Part shown: positions 36,934 through 46,070 of the stretch, piece by piece
Layout of the letters: the number at the start of each line of letters is the position of its first letter
Numbering within the stretch: the first letter of the stretch is position 1
NCBI GenBank assembly: GCA_964636405.1
Contig: CAZWSI010000011.1
Span: 62-64,061, forward strand
From: an uncultured Oscillospiraceae bacterium
Lineage (GTDB): Bacteria > Bacillota > Clostridia > Christensenellales > CAG-138
Direction of reading: 5' to 3'
DNA length: 64,000 nucleotides
Notes under the pieces: model-generated
Seen by the model: only the letters and a program-made list of their open reading frames with translations
The model's database searches: none
Told to the model about the DNA's origin: nothing
Made by a program: the position numbers and the translations under genes

Positions 36934-37172
36934 TGTTTGCAGCGCGCCATCGGCGTATTGGTCATGGACATGCGCAGCCTTTGTGCAACGCTTGTTGAAA
37001 ATGGAGATTTTTTAACAAAACACGCTCTATGATAAAAAAAGCGTATGCGCCCAGCGAAGGATTTTCATAAAAGGGATTGCCTTTTTCAGAAAAACCGCAA
37101 TAATATGAGATGTGCTTTGCGCATGCGCGTTTATTTGTGCGCGCTCGAAATGCGCAGGAAATGGAGATACGC

Positions 37173-38345
37173 ATGCTGCTGCTGAAAAACGCTTTGCTTT
37201 ACCCCGTAACCCGGACGCCCTTCCGGGGAGACCTTCTCACCGACAACGGAAAAATCATTTCGCTTGGCGAGGGACTGTCCGCGCCGGGCGCGGAGGAAAT
37301 CGACCTCGCCGGGCGGAGCGTGTTCCCCGGCTTTATCGACGCGCATTGCCACGTGGGCATGTGGGAGGACGGCATGGGCACGGAGGGCGCGGACGGGAAC
37401 GAAAGCAGCAATCCCATCACCCCGCAAATGCGGGCCATAGACGGCCTCAACCCCTTCGATCCCTGCTTTATGGAGGGCTGCCGCGCGGGCGTGACCACGC
37501 TTGTGACGGGTCCGGGGAGCGCGAACGTGATCGGCGGGCAATTCGCGGCGCTCAAAACAGCCGGAGCCTCGCTCGACGAAAAGCTGATTCTGGCCCCCGT
37601 CGCCATGAAGGCTGCCGTGGGTGAAAACCCCAAGGTCGTTTACGGGGGGAACAAGGTCACGCCGCTTACGCGCATGGCCATCGCTTCACTCTTTCGCAAA
37701 ACGCTCACCGACGCGCAGGAGTACGCCGCCGCAAAGGAACGCGGCAAGACGGACCCGGACAAGTCGCCCGCCAAGGACATGGCCATGGAGGCGCTCTTGC
37801 CCGTGCTTTCACGCGAGCTGCCCATGAAAATTCACGCGCACCGAGCCGACGATATCCTAACGGCCCTGCGGCTCGCGCGGGAATTCCATATCCGCATCAC
37901 CATCGAGCACTGCACGGAGGGGCATCTTATCACCGACGTGCTCAAGCCCCAGCTCGACGAATTGGGCGCGCGCATCATTGTCGGCCCCCTGCTCTCGGAG
38001 CGGAGCAAGATCGAGCTGCGCAATTTGAGCTACGACGCGCCCCGCATCCTCTGGCAGGCGGGCATTCCCTTCGCCATGATGACCGATCATCCTGTCATCC
38101 CCATTCAGTATCTGCCCGTTTGCGCGGGCCTGGCCGTGCGCAGCGGACTGCCCGAGGACGTAGCGCTTGCGTCCATTACCATCGAGCCCGCGCGCACCGT
38201 GGGCCTCGACGCGCGGATTGGCTCCCTCGACCCCGGCAAGGACGCGGATCTCGCGGTCTACGACGGGCATCCCTTCGATACGCGCGCACGCTGCGTGCTC
38301 ACGCTTGTGAATGGCGCGCGGGTATACGACGCGCGGGAGGCGTAA
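37173..38345 (+). CDS. Metal-dependent amidohydrolase-family protein
   Basis: ORF 37110..38345. ATG 37173 with GGAGA SD. Metal-binding HxH context GFIDAHCHVG. Confidence 0.8.
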   Translation: MLLLKNALLYPVTRTPFRGDLLTDNGKIISLGEGLSAPGAEEIDLAGRSVFPGFIDAHCHVGMWEDGMGTEGADGNESSNPITPQMRAIDGLNPFDPCFMEGCRAGVTTLVTGPGSANVIGGQFAALKTAGASLDEKLILAPVAMKAAVGENPKVVYGGNKVTPLTRMAIASLFRKTLTDAQEYAAAKERGKTDPDKSPAKDMAMEALLPVLSRELPMKIHAHRADDILTALRLAREFHIRITIEHCTEGHLITDVLKPQLDELGARIIVGPLLSERSKIELRNLSYDAPRILWQAGIPFAMMTDHPVIPIQYLPVCAGLAVRSGLPEDVALASITIEPARTVGLDARIGSLDPGKDADLAVYDGHPFDTRARCVLTLVNGARVYDAREA

Positions 38346-38349
38346 GACC

Positions 38350-39456
38350 ATGCTTCGGGAAACCTACTGCGAAGTTTCGCTTTCAAATTTCAGGCACAAT
38401 ATCCGCGTGCTGCGCGCCATGTGCCCGCAGGGCGTCAAGTTCCTCGCCGTCATCAAGGCCAACGCCTATGGGCACGGCATCCGCGCCTGCGGCATGGCGG
38501 CGCTCGAGGCGGGCGCGGACTATCTCGGCGTGGCGATTGCGGACGAGGGCGACGTGCTGCGCGAAACGGGCATTACGGCCCCCATCCTCATCATCGGCGC
38601 AACCGCGCCCCGCGCCATGGAACATGTGCTCGACAGCGGGCTAACGCCCACAATCTTCACCTGCGGGGCGCTTTTGCATTTGCAGCAGACGGCAGAAAGG
38701 CTGGGCGTGACCGCGCCCTTTCACTTTAAAATCGATTCCGGCATGAACCGCATCGGCTTTCGGAGCCTTGATGAATTTGAAAAGGCGCTTTCGCTCCTTG
38801 CAGACTGCCCGAATCTGCGCTTCGACGGCATGTTTACGCACTTTGCCGTATCCGAAATCGAAGACAAGAGTTTTACGGCCGGGCAGGCGGCGCGTTTTTC
38901 GGCGTTCGTAGCGGCGGCGCGCGCACGCGGCTACAGCCCCGTCGTTCACGCGTCCAACAGCGGCGCGATTCTCGATCTGCCCCAGTTTTGCTACGATATG
39001 GTGCGCGGCGGCATCGCCATGTACGGCTATCATCCAAACGGAAAGCCCTGCGAAGCGCTGCTGCCCGTGCTGAGCTGGAAAACCGAGGTTTCGCATGTGA
39101 AGCGCATCGAGGCGGGCGAGGGCGTAAGCTATGGGCTTACCTATGTGGCGACCCGCCCCACCACCGTGGCTACGCTCCCTGTTGGCTACGGGGACGGCTA
39201 TAAGCGCACTTTCAGCAACAGGGCGGAGGTGCTGATTCACGGGAAGCGAGTCAGGCAGATTGGCACGGTGTGCATGGATCAGATTCTTTGCGACGTTACG
39301 GAGCTCGCGGACGTGCAGACGGGCGATGAGGCGGTGCTGCTTGGCCGGCAGGGCGACGCGCGTATTACGGCCGACGAGCTGGCCGCGTGGGGCGATACCA
39401 TCAGCTACGAAATCCTCCTTAGCATCAGCGACCGCGTGCCGCGCGTTTACATTTAA
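38350..39456 (+). CDS. alr: Alanine racemase
   Basis: ORF 38311..39456. ATG 38350 lies 4 nt after the upstream stop. PLP-lysine motif AVIKANAYGHG. C-terminal YGDGYKR and CMDQ motifs. Confidence 0.9.
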   Translation: MLRETYCEVSLSNFRHNIRVLRAMCPQGVKFLAVIKANAYGHGIRACGMAALEAGADYLGVAIADEGDVLRETGITAPILIIGATAPRAMEHVLDSGLTPTIFTCGALLHLQQTAERLGVTAPFHFKIDSGMNRIGFRSLDEFEKALSLLADCPNLRFDGMFTHFAVSEIEDKSFTAGQAARFSAFVAAARARGYSPVVHASNSGAILDLPQFCYDMVRGGIAMYGYHPNGKPCEALLPVLSWKTEVSHVKRIEAGEGVSYGLTYVATRPTTVATLPVGYGDGYKRTFSNRAEVLIHGKRVRQIGTVCMDQILCDVTELADVQTGDEAVLLGRQGDARITADELAAWGDTISYEILLSISDRVPRVYI

Positions 39457-39478
39457 AAAGGAATGCGAAAAATCGAAA

Positions 39479-39515
39479 GGGCCGCCTAGCAAAAACGAGG
39501 CGGCTCTTGGTTTGC
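39479..39515 (+). terminator. Hairpin terminator after alr
   Basis: Stem GCCGCCT/AGGCGGC (39481-39487 / 39498-39504), followed by TCTTGGTTTG. Confidence 0.5.
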
Positions 39516-39529
39516 GTGTAGGGGCCGCT

Positions 39530-40399
39530 TTATCGCGCGAGCGCGTGCAGCGTGCCCGCCACGGCGGAAAGCACATCCGTCGCCATGAGCATGCGGTTTC
39601 CAAGCAGCTCGAGGGCCGTATCGGCAGAGCTTCCCAGCAGAAACGCGCCCGCACAGGCCGCGTCGAAGGGCGCAAGGCCCTGCGCGAGGAGTCCGGTTAC
39701 AAGGCCCGCCAGCACATCGCCGCTGCCGCCCTTGGCAAGGCCCGCATTGCCGGCAGTATTGACGCGGCGGCGATCCTTTTCCGCAATCATGCTCACCGCG
39801 TCCTTAAGGAGCACGACGCAGTTCCATTCATCCGCATATGCGCGGGCAACGTCCGCGGTGTCCGCCTTGATCTGCTGCATGCTCAGGCCGGTCAGACGCG
39901 CCATTTCGCCCGCATGGGGCGTTAATATGACCTTTGGATGGAGACGGCCGAGCCACTCGCGCCGCGCAGCCATAAAATTGAGCGCGTCCGCGTCCAGCAC
40001 GAGCGGAAGGCCCGTTTCCAGCACGGCGGCGAGCAAACGCGCGTCCGCCATATTTCCCATACCGCAGCCCACGCATAGCGCGTTCTTGCCGGAAAGCAAC
40101 GCAAGCGCGCCATCCAGCGCGCTTTTGTCCCAATCTCCGCCCGCGCCAACTGGCAGGCAGACGGCTTCCGGCAGCGCGCAGAAGGCGGGCTTCACGCGCG
40201 CGGGAACCGCCGCGAACAAAATGCCGCAGCCCGCGCGCAGGGCGGCCGCAGAGGAAAGCAACGCCGCGCCCGTATAGCTTTCGCTGCCCACGCAAAGCAG
40301 CGCGCGACCGTTCTCGCCCTTGTTGCTCGCAACAGGGCGCGGCGGCAGGAGCGCGCTTATCTCCACGCGCGTAAGCTCCGCAGGCGTTGCGGCATTCAT
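39530..40399 (-). CDS. nnrD: ADP-dependent NAD(P)H-hydrate dehydratase (YjeF C-terminal domain type)
   Basis: ORF 39530..40414. ATG 40399 forms an ATGA overlap with the acpS stop. Motifs KGENGRALLCVGSESYTGAA and GGSGDVLAGLV. Confidence 0.85.
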   Translation of the reverse strand: MNAATPAELTRVEISALLPPRPVASNKGENGRALLCVGSESYTGAALLSSAAALRAGCGILFAAVPARVKPAFCALPEAVCLPVGAGGDWDKSALDGALALLSGKNALCVGCGMGNMADARLLAAVLETGLPLVLDADALNFMAARREWLGRLHPKVILTPHAGEMARLTGLSMQQIKADTADVARAYADEWNCVVLLKDAVSMIAEKDRRRVNTAGNAGLAKGGSGDVLAGLVTGLLAQGLAPFDAACAGAFLLGSSADTALELLGNRMLMATDVLSAVAGTLHALAR

Positions 40400-40770
40400 A
40401 CCGCGCTCTCCCACACAGCCTGCGCAACGGCAAACCCGCCGTCATGCGAAATGGATATGTGCATGAGCGCGCCGGAGGCGCTGCCCGCAAGCGCGGCGGC
40501 AAGGCCGTGCAAAAGCGCGCTGGGCGCGCCGCTTTCGCGGTGCAGAATTTCGATATCCGTCATGGCAAAGCCCGAAACGCCCGTGCCAAGCGCCTTTGCG
40601 ACGGCCTCCTTGGCGGCGTACATGCCAGCGTACACCTCGGGCCGCGCGTTATGCGCCGCCGCGTACGCGCGCTCGCTTGCGGTAAACACGCGACGCACAA
40701 AGGTTTCCGCCTGCACTGCCTTTTCCATGCGGGCAATCTCGCACAGATCAATCCCCGTTCCCAAAATCAT
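40396..40770 (-). CDS. acpS: Holo-[acyl-carrier-protein] synthase
   Basis: In-frame part of ORF 40396..40935. Start at ATG 40770 (MILGTGIDLCEI); 124 aa. AKEAVAKALG motif. Confidence 0.85.
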   Translation of the reverse strand: MILGTGIDLCEIARMEKAVQAETFVRRVFTASERAYAAAHNARPEVYAGMYAAKEAVAKALGTGVSGFAMTDIEILHRESGAPSALLHGLAAALAGSASGALMHISISHDGGFAVAQAVWESAV

Positions 40771-41311
40771 CCGTATCCTCCGCGCCCTCAAAAAGACGCT
40801 CCAGTGCGGCGCGAATAACGCCATTGTCAAAGCCGCAGGCGTACAGGCGCTGCGATACGCGGCGCGCGCGTTCGCGCGGCTCCGTTTCCGCGTACTTACG
40901 CATATACTTTTCCCCAAGCGCGGCGGCGTTATCAAGCTCTTGCCCGTCGCTCACAGCGGAAAGCGCGGCTTCTATCGCCTCCGGCTCCGCCTCGTGCGCG
41001 GCAAGCTGTTCGCGCAGGTGGCGGCGGCTCACAGGCTTCGCCCGCAAGCGGGATTCCACAAAGGAACGGCAGTACGCTTCGTCGCCCAGCAGATTGAGTT
41101 CCTTCAGGCGCTCCACCGTCTCATAAATCTCTACCTCGCCGTATTCCTTTTCGTCGAGATAGCGCTCCACCTCGCGGCAGGTGCGCGCGGCGTAGCCAAG
41201 GCAGGAGAGCGCGGCGTCCATGGGCGACCTGCCCGCGGCCTTGTGCGAGGCGGGCGAAGGACCGTCCTTTTTTTGCCCCTTCGGAGCGGAAGTTTGCAAT
41301 TTGCGTATCAT
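40748..41311 (-). CDS. recX: RecX-family regulatory protein
   Basis: ORF 40748..41338. Start at ATG 41311. Repeated three-helix RecX pattern (AL..L..R..T..EV...L, FVESRLRAKP...LREQL). Confidence 0.75.
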   Translation of the reverse strand: MIRKLQTSAPKGQKKDGPSPASHKAAGRSPMDAALSCLGYAARTCREVERYLDEKEYGEVEIYETVERLKELNLLGDEAYCRSFVESRLRAKPVSRRHLREQLAAHEAEPEAIEAALSAVSDGQELDNAAALGEKYMRKYAETEPRERARRVSQRLYACGFDNGVIRAALERLFEGAEDTDDFGNGD

Positions 41312-41317
41312 GTCTAC

Positions 41318-41326
41318 AATATAGCA
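41318..41326 (-). promoter_or_regulatory. Extended -10 (TGCTATATT) 6 nt upstream of the recX ATG
   Basis: Minus-strand sequence is ATGCTATATT-GTAGAC-ATG. No SD is possible in the 6-nt gap. Confidence 0.4.
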
Positions 41327-41486
41327 TAACGGCGTCAAACGGACAACGGTTTTCGCGGCCCGGCTTGCGCTGATGGGGTTGTCCTATGCCATGTTTTCCT
41401 TCAATCGGGGAGACGGCATGAACAATTTGTAACAAATGGCGCTGCGTATTGGAATTTACATGCAAACAGCGTCATAATCAAGTAGA

Positions 41487-43148
41487 ATGTTCGCACCAGC
41501 AAAGGGGGTACGCCTGCACATGGAAAACGGATTGCTTCCCGTGGAGGAAATTTACCGCAAGAAGATGCGGAAAAAGAAGAGAGGATTTCTTCACGGCACC
41601 AGCACCCAGCAACGGATTATCCTGATCGTTCTCATGGGCCTGATCGTTCTTTTGATCACCCTGTTTATCGCGTTTTTCGTGATTGGACGCAGGCAGGAGC
41701 GGGAAGAGGCAGCCGCGCTTTTGGCGCAGGAGGAGGCGCGCAGGCAGGAGCAGGCCGAGCAAATCGCCGCCTTTGAGGCTTTGACCGGCTCGGAGCACTT
41801 TCTTGAGGGCGTCACTGTGGACGGCGTAAGCATCGGCGGCATGACCATGAGCGAGGCCAAAAACGCGCTTGCCTCGCACATACAGAGCTGCGCGCCCTCC
41901 GGCATGCTTCAGCTCACCTTTGAAGATGAGATCTACGCCTTTGACCTGGGCTTGATCACCGCCTCCTGCGATCTCGACGCGGTGCTTGCTTCCGCCTCGC
42001 AGCTCGGAAAGACCGGCGATTACGCAACCGCCTTGAAGGAGGCGGAGGATGTAAAGCTGAACGGCCGCGCCTTTTCGCTGACGGCCAGCTATGATTTTTC
42101 GCCCGTCGCGGCGCGGGTATCCGAAATTGCGCTCTCCATCAATAAAGCGGCGCAGAACGCAAGCGTATACATCGAATCCGGCGACGTGCGCAGCATTGGC
42201 TATACCGATCCCGTGCCGGGCGTAACGGTGCTTGAGGAGGAGCTGGCAAGCGCCATTACAGACGCGATTTCGAGCGGCAGCACGGCGGCCATCCCCATCC
42301 CCGTGCTTCAGGTTGAGCCATCCGTCACCAAGGAAATGCTCGCCGCTTCCTACAAGCTCCGGGGCGCGGCTGACACCAGCTTTTCCGGCAGCGAATCCAA
42401 CCGCGTTTACAACATCAAAAAGGGCGTCGAGCTCATGAACGGCACCGTGCTTAAGCCCGGCGAGGTTTTTTCCTCAAACGACAAGCTGGGCGTTCGCACC
42501 TATTCCAACGGCTGGAAGGAGGCCAACGCCTATGTCAGCGGTGCGACCGACCGGCAGGCCGGCGGCGGCGTGTGCCAGCTCTCCTCCACCCTGTATAATG
42601 CGGCGGTCAAGGCCGATCTTGAAATTGTGGAGCGGCGCAATCATTCCATGCCCGTAAGCTACGTTTCCAAGGGTCTGGACGCGACCATCAACTCGGTGGG
42701 CAATATCATCGATTTTAAGTTTAAGAACAATACGGGCAGCGATATCGTGATTTTCTGCTATACGGAGAGCAAGCGGGTCTATTTTGAAATTTACGGCGTG
42801 CCCTTTGACACGACGGAATACGACCAGATTAAGCTCAGCAGCAAGAAAATTGAAACGCTCGAGCCCGATACCGAGCTGGTTCAGGTGCTGGACGAAACCC
42901 TGCCCGCGGGCGCGTCCGAGGTAGTCGTTGCGCGGCAAAACGGCTCCATCTACCAATCCTACAAAGAATACTACCTCAACGGCACGCTTGTGCGCTCGGA
43001 AAAGCTCGCGCTGTCCACCTATAAGGCATTTGCGGGCGAAATGCGCGTAGGACCCTCCCCCACGCTTGGGCCTGTGATAACGCCCCCGCCCGCCACGCCT
43101 ACGCCCGAGCCGTCGCCCACGCCGATAATCGCGCCCGTAACACCCTGA
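41487..43148 (+). CDS. VanW-family protein (membrane-anchored, with peptidoglycan-binding/G5-like regions)
   Basis: VanW core YVSGATDRQAGGGVCQLSSTLYNAAVKADLEIVERRNHS. N-terminal TM. C-terminal Pro-rich tail. Start is either 41487 or 41520 (MENGLL). Confidence 0.85.
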   Translation: MFAPAKGVRLHMENGLLPVEEIYRKKMRKKKRGFLHGTSTQQRIILIVLMGLIVLLITLFIAFFVIGRRQEREEAAALLAQEEARRQEQAEQIAAFEALTGSEHFLEGVTVDGVSIGGMTMSEAKNALASHIQSCAPSGMLQLTFEDEIYAFDLGLITASCDLDAVLASASQLGKTGDYATALKEAEDVKLNGRAFSLTASYDFSPVAARVSEIALSINKAAQNASVYIESGDVRSIGYTDPVPGVTVLEEELASAITDAISSGSTAAIPIPVLQVEPSVTKEMLAASYKLRGAADTSFSGSESNRVYNIKKGVELMNGTVLKPGEVFSSNDKLGVRTYSNGWKEANAYVSGATDRQAGGGVCQLSSTLYNAAVKADLEIVERRNHSMPVSYVSKGLDATINSVGNIIDFKFKNNTGSDIVIFCYTESKRVYFEIYGVPFDTTEYDQIKLSSKKIETLEPDTELVQVLDETLPAGASEVVVARQNGSIYQSYKEYYLNGTLVRSEKLALSTYKAFAGEMRVGPSPTLGPVITPPPATPTPEPSPTPIIAPVTP

Positions 43149-43195
43149 GCGAGGACTTGCCAAGCGTTGGCAATGCCCGCAGACACAACAGAAAA

Positions 43196-43227
43196 CAAAG
43201 CGGAGGCGATTGTGCCTCCGCTTTTTG
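43196..43227. terminator. Bidirectional intrinsic terminator between convergent vanW-like and csd genes
   Basis: 11-bp stem AAAGCGGAGGC/GCCTCCGCTTT with a 6-nt loop. An A-run lies upstream and a T-run downstream. Confidence 0.7.
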
Positions 43228-43243
43228 CTCAGGGGCGTATTCC

Positions 43244-44404
43244 CTACCTGCCCCCGATCAGCGTCTCGAGCGCGGCGAGTGCCGCGTCGATATCGCGCTC
43301 CGTATTGCCGTAGCCAAAGGAAAAGCGCACGCTGCCGGCTGGGAAGCTCCCCAGCGTCCTGTGCGCGGCAGGCGCACAATGCAGTCCACAGCGCGTCGCG
43401 ATGCCAAATTGCGCGTCGAGCCGCGCGGCGGCCTCCGCGTTGTCCAGCGCGTCAAACGAAAGGGAAACCACGCCCACGCGCCCAAAGGACTCTCGCCTGC
43501 CCAGCACGCGCACGCCCCGCATGGCGCTTACGCCCCGCAAAAAGCGCTTGGTAAGGCGCGTTTCCTCCGCGCCGAGCGTTTCCACGCCCGTTTCCGCAAG
43601 AAAGCGCAGCGCCGCGTTCAGCCCGAAAATGCCGGGCAGGTTCAGCGTGCCTGACTCGAATTTATCCGGCATATAGTCGGGCTGCCATTCCTGATCCGAC
43701 GCGCTGCCCGTGCCGCCCGTCACCAGCGGCGTTACCTGCGCGGCAAACGCGCGCTTCATGAGCAACGCGCCCACGCCCGCCGGGCCGAGCAGCCCCTTAT
43801 GCCCCGGAATGCAGAGCGCAGAAAGCCCAAACGCTTGAAAATCGATGGGTACGTGCCCGGCCGTTTGCGCCGCGTCCAGCACAAGCGGAATACCGCGGGT
43901 CGAAAGCAATGCGCCTATTTCCCCCACGGGCAGGCGCGTGCCGCACACGTTGGACGCGTGCGTCAGCACCGCGAGCCTTGTATTGTGCCGCAGAAGCGGA
44001 AGGAGGCTTTCCGGCTCCGTTTCACCCTCCGGCCCGCAGGGGATGCGATCGAAGCTGACGCCCATGCGCGTAAGCGCGTTGAGCGGGCGCATCACGGCGT
44101 TGTGCTCCAGACTGCTAACAAGCACATGGTCGCCCGGCCGCAAAAAGCCGCTTAGCACGCAATTGAGCGAAAAGGTCTGCCCAGGGGTAAACACCGCGCA
44201 GTCCGGCTCGTCGAAATGAAACAGCGCGCACAGCCGCTCTCGCGCCTCCAGCACGATTGCCGCCGCGTCGTATGCGCGCGCATAATCGCCCCTGCCGACA
44301 TTGGCGCAAAGCGTGTCCGTATACGCGCGCATGGCCTCGCTTACGCCCGGCGCCTTCGGGCAGGCGGTTGCCGCATGATCCAGATAGATATTTTTTCGCT
44401 CCAT
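43244..44404 (-). CDS. Class V aminotransferase / cysteine desulfurase-family protein (selenocysteine-lyase-like)
   Basis: ORF 43244..44473. ATG 44404 with GAGGAT SD. IYLDHAATA N-terminus and PLP-lysine context CIPGHKGLLGP. Confidence 0.85.
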   Translation of the reverse strand: MERKNIYLDHAATACPKAPGVSEAMRAYTDTLCANVGRGDYARAYDAAAIVLEARERLCALFHFDEPDCAVFTPGQTFSLNCVLSGFLRPGDHVLVSSLEHNAVMRPLNALTRMGVSFDRIPCGPEGETEPESLLPLLRHNTRLAVLTHASNVCGTRLPVGEIGALLSTRGIPLVLDAAQTAGHVPIDFQAFGLSALCIPGHKGLLGPAGVGALLMKRAFAAQVTPLVTGGTGSASDQEWQPDYMPDKFESGTLNLPGIFGLNAALRFLAETGVETLGAEETRLTKRFLRGVSAMRGVRVLGRRESFGRVGVVSLSFDALDNAEAAARLDAQFGIATRCGLHCAPAAHRTLGSFPAGSVRFSFGYGNTERDIDAALAALETLIGGR

Positions 44405-44492
44405 TTCGTTATCCTCACTTGCATATAACGAATTCATATGGTACAGTATAGCCGTTCGCGAATTAAAACACAAGAACGGATGGGTTTATTGC

Positions 44493-45548
44493 ATGAAGAA
44501 GAAAGGTTTCATCATCCTCACGGGCGTTGTCATCGGCGCGGTCGCGGTCGCGCTCAGCGCCCTTGGCAATCCCGGCAACATGGGCTTTTGCATCGCCTGC
44601 TTCCTGAGAGACATCGCTGGCGCGTGCTCGCTGCATTCCGCGGCGGCCGTGCAGGTGGTTAGGCCGGAAATACCGGGCCTTGTGCTGGGCGCGTTTATAG
44701 CCTCTGTGCTTGCAAAAGAATACCGCCCGCGCGGCGGCTCCTCGCCCATGACGCGCTTTATCGTGGCAGTGTTTGTGATGATCGGCGCGCTGGTTTTTCT
44801 GGGCTGCCCGCTGCGTATGATGCTCCGCATCGGCGGCGGCGATCTCAATGCGCTTGCGGCGCTGCCCGGCTTTGTGCTCGGCATCTTCATCGGCGTCCTT
44901 TGGCTGAAAAAGGGCTTTTCGCTCAAGCGCGCGTATCCCCAGAGCCTGACGGAGGGCGGCATATTCCCGGCGCTTATGGTGGCGCTCATGGTTATTGCGC
45001 TCGTCCTCCCGCAACTGCTCAAGCAGACCGAAGCGGGCGGCGGGCCAGGCGCGCTGCACGCGGCCGCGCTTCTTTCGCTTGCGGGCGGGCTTATTGTCGG
45101 CGCGCTTGCGCAGCGCACGCGCTTTTGCACTGTTGCGGCCTCGCGTGACGCGATGCTGTTTTCCGATTTTTCCATGCTTTGGGGCTTTGTGGCCGTTATT
45201 GCCACAACGGTTGTGGGCAACCTTTTGCTCGGCACATTTAAGCTCTCCTTTGCCGAGCAGCCCGTCGCGCATACGGACTGGCTGTGGAATTTCCTCGGCA
45301 TGGCGCTGGTTGGCTGGGGAAGCGTATTCCTCGGCGGCTGCCCGCTGCGCCAGCTCATTTTGGCGGGCGAGGGCGATTCCGGCGCGGCCGTGACCGTAAC
45401 GGGCCTGATCGTTGGCGCGTCCGTAGCGCATAATTTCGGACTCGCTTCGTCCGGCAAGGGCGCGACTCCGGGCGGGATGATCGCCGTGTGCATCGGCTTT
45501 GCCGTACTCACCGTGACCGGCCTTTGCAATATGGAAAAGGAGGCGTAA
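44493..45548 (+). CDS. yedE: YedE-family putative selenium-metabolism membrane protein
   Basis: 351-aa polytopic protein with paired conserved Cys motifs (GFCIACFLRD; RTRFCTVAA). Followed by a TusA-like gene. Confidence 0.8.
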   Translation: MKKKGFIILTGVVIGAVAVALSALGNPGNMGFCIACFLRDIAGACSLHSAAAVQVVRPEIPGLVLGAFIASVLAKEYRPRGGSSPMTRFIVAVFVMIGALVFLGCPLRMMLRIGGGDLNALAALPGFVLGIFIGVLWLKKGFSLKRAYPQSLTEGGIFPALMVALMVIALVLPQLLKQTEAGGGPGALHAAALLSLAGGLIVGALAQRTRFCTVAASRDAMLFSDFSMLWGFVAVIATTVVGNLLLGTFKLSFAEQPVAHTDWLWNFLGMALVGWGSVFLGGCPLRQLILAGEGDSGAAVTVTGLIVGASVAHNFGLASSGKGATPGGMIAVCIGFAVLTVTGLCNMEKEA

Positions 45549-45551
45549 GCG

Positions 45552-45758
45552 ATGGAGAAGCTGGAGCTGCGCGGTCTTTCTTGCCCTGAGCCCGTGCTGC
45601 GCGTGCAGCGCGCCGCCGCGCGGGGCGAAACGGAAATGGAAGCATGGGTGGACAATCCAGCCGCGAAGGAGAACATCCTCCGCTTCGCCGGGGCGCGGGG
45701 CTTTTCCGCCGCCGTGGCGGAGGCGGACGGCGCGTACGTCCTCACGTTGAAAAAGTAG
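45552..45758 (+). CDS. yedF: TusA/SirA-like sulfurtransferase (YedF-like)
   Basis: 68 aa. CPxP active-site motif LRGLSCPEPVL. 3-nt gap after yedE. Confidence 0.75.
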   Translation: MEKLELRGLSCPEPVLRVQRAAARGETEMEAWVDNPAAKENILRFAGARGFSAAVAEADGAYVLTLKK

Positions 45759-45759
45759 G

Positions 45760-46002
45760 GTGACGGATTATATCGCGACCTTTTACACGCATTTTGCAGC
45801 CATGAGGAGCCACCGGAGCCTCATGGCCGCTGGCGTTGCCGCGCGGCTTGCGCCCGTGCCAAGGCAGCTAAGCGCGAGCTGCGGAACCTGCGTGCGCTAT
45901 CAGGCGGCAGATCCCTGCGCCGCTTGCATGCACGCGGATCTCGAGCGCATTGTGCGCGTGGATGCAGGCGGCCAATACACGGAGCTTATTGCCAAAGCCT
46001 AG
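45760..46002 (+). CDS. DUF3343-family protein (putative Se/S carrier)
   Basis: 80 aa. GTG start 1 nt after the upstream stop. Pattern F.T...A...E..L......RL.P.P..LS..CG typical of DUF3343. Confidence 0.65.
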   Translation: MTDYIATFYTHFAAMRSHRSLMAAGVAARLAPVPRQLSASCGTCVRYQAADPCAACMHADLERIVRVDAGGQYTELIAKA

Positions 46003-46070
46003 TTTTCTCTTGTCGGAACGGATATTTTGTACTATGATATCCATATACATACGATGGAGGGTTTTGCTCC

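Noticed and set aside
41420-41445. GAACAATTTGTAAC / ATTTGTAACAAAT palindrome upstream of recX and the vanW-like gene, considered as a LexA (Cheo-box GAAC-N4-GTTC) operator.
   Set aside because: The second half-site is TGTAAC rather than GTTC, so the spacing and sequence do not fit the consensus. It may be another factor's operator, but I cannot support a call.
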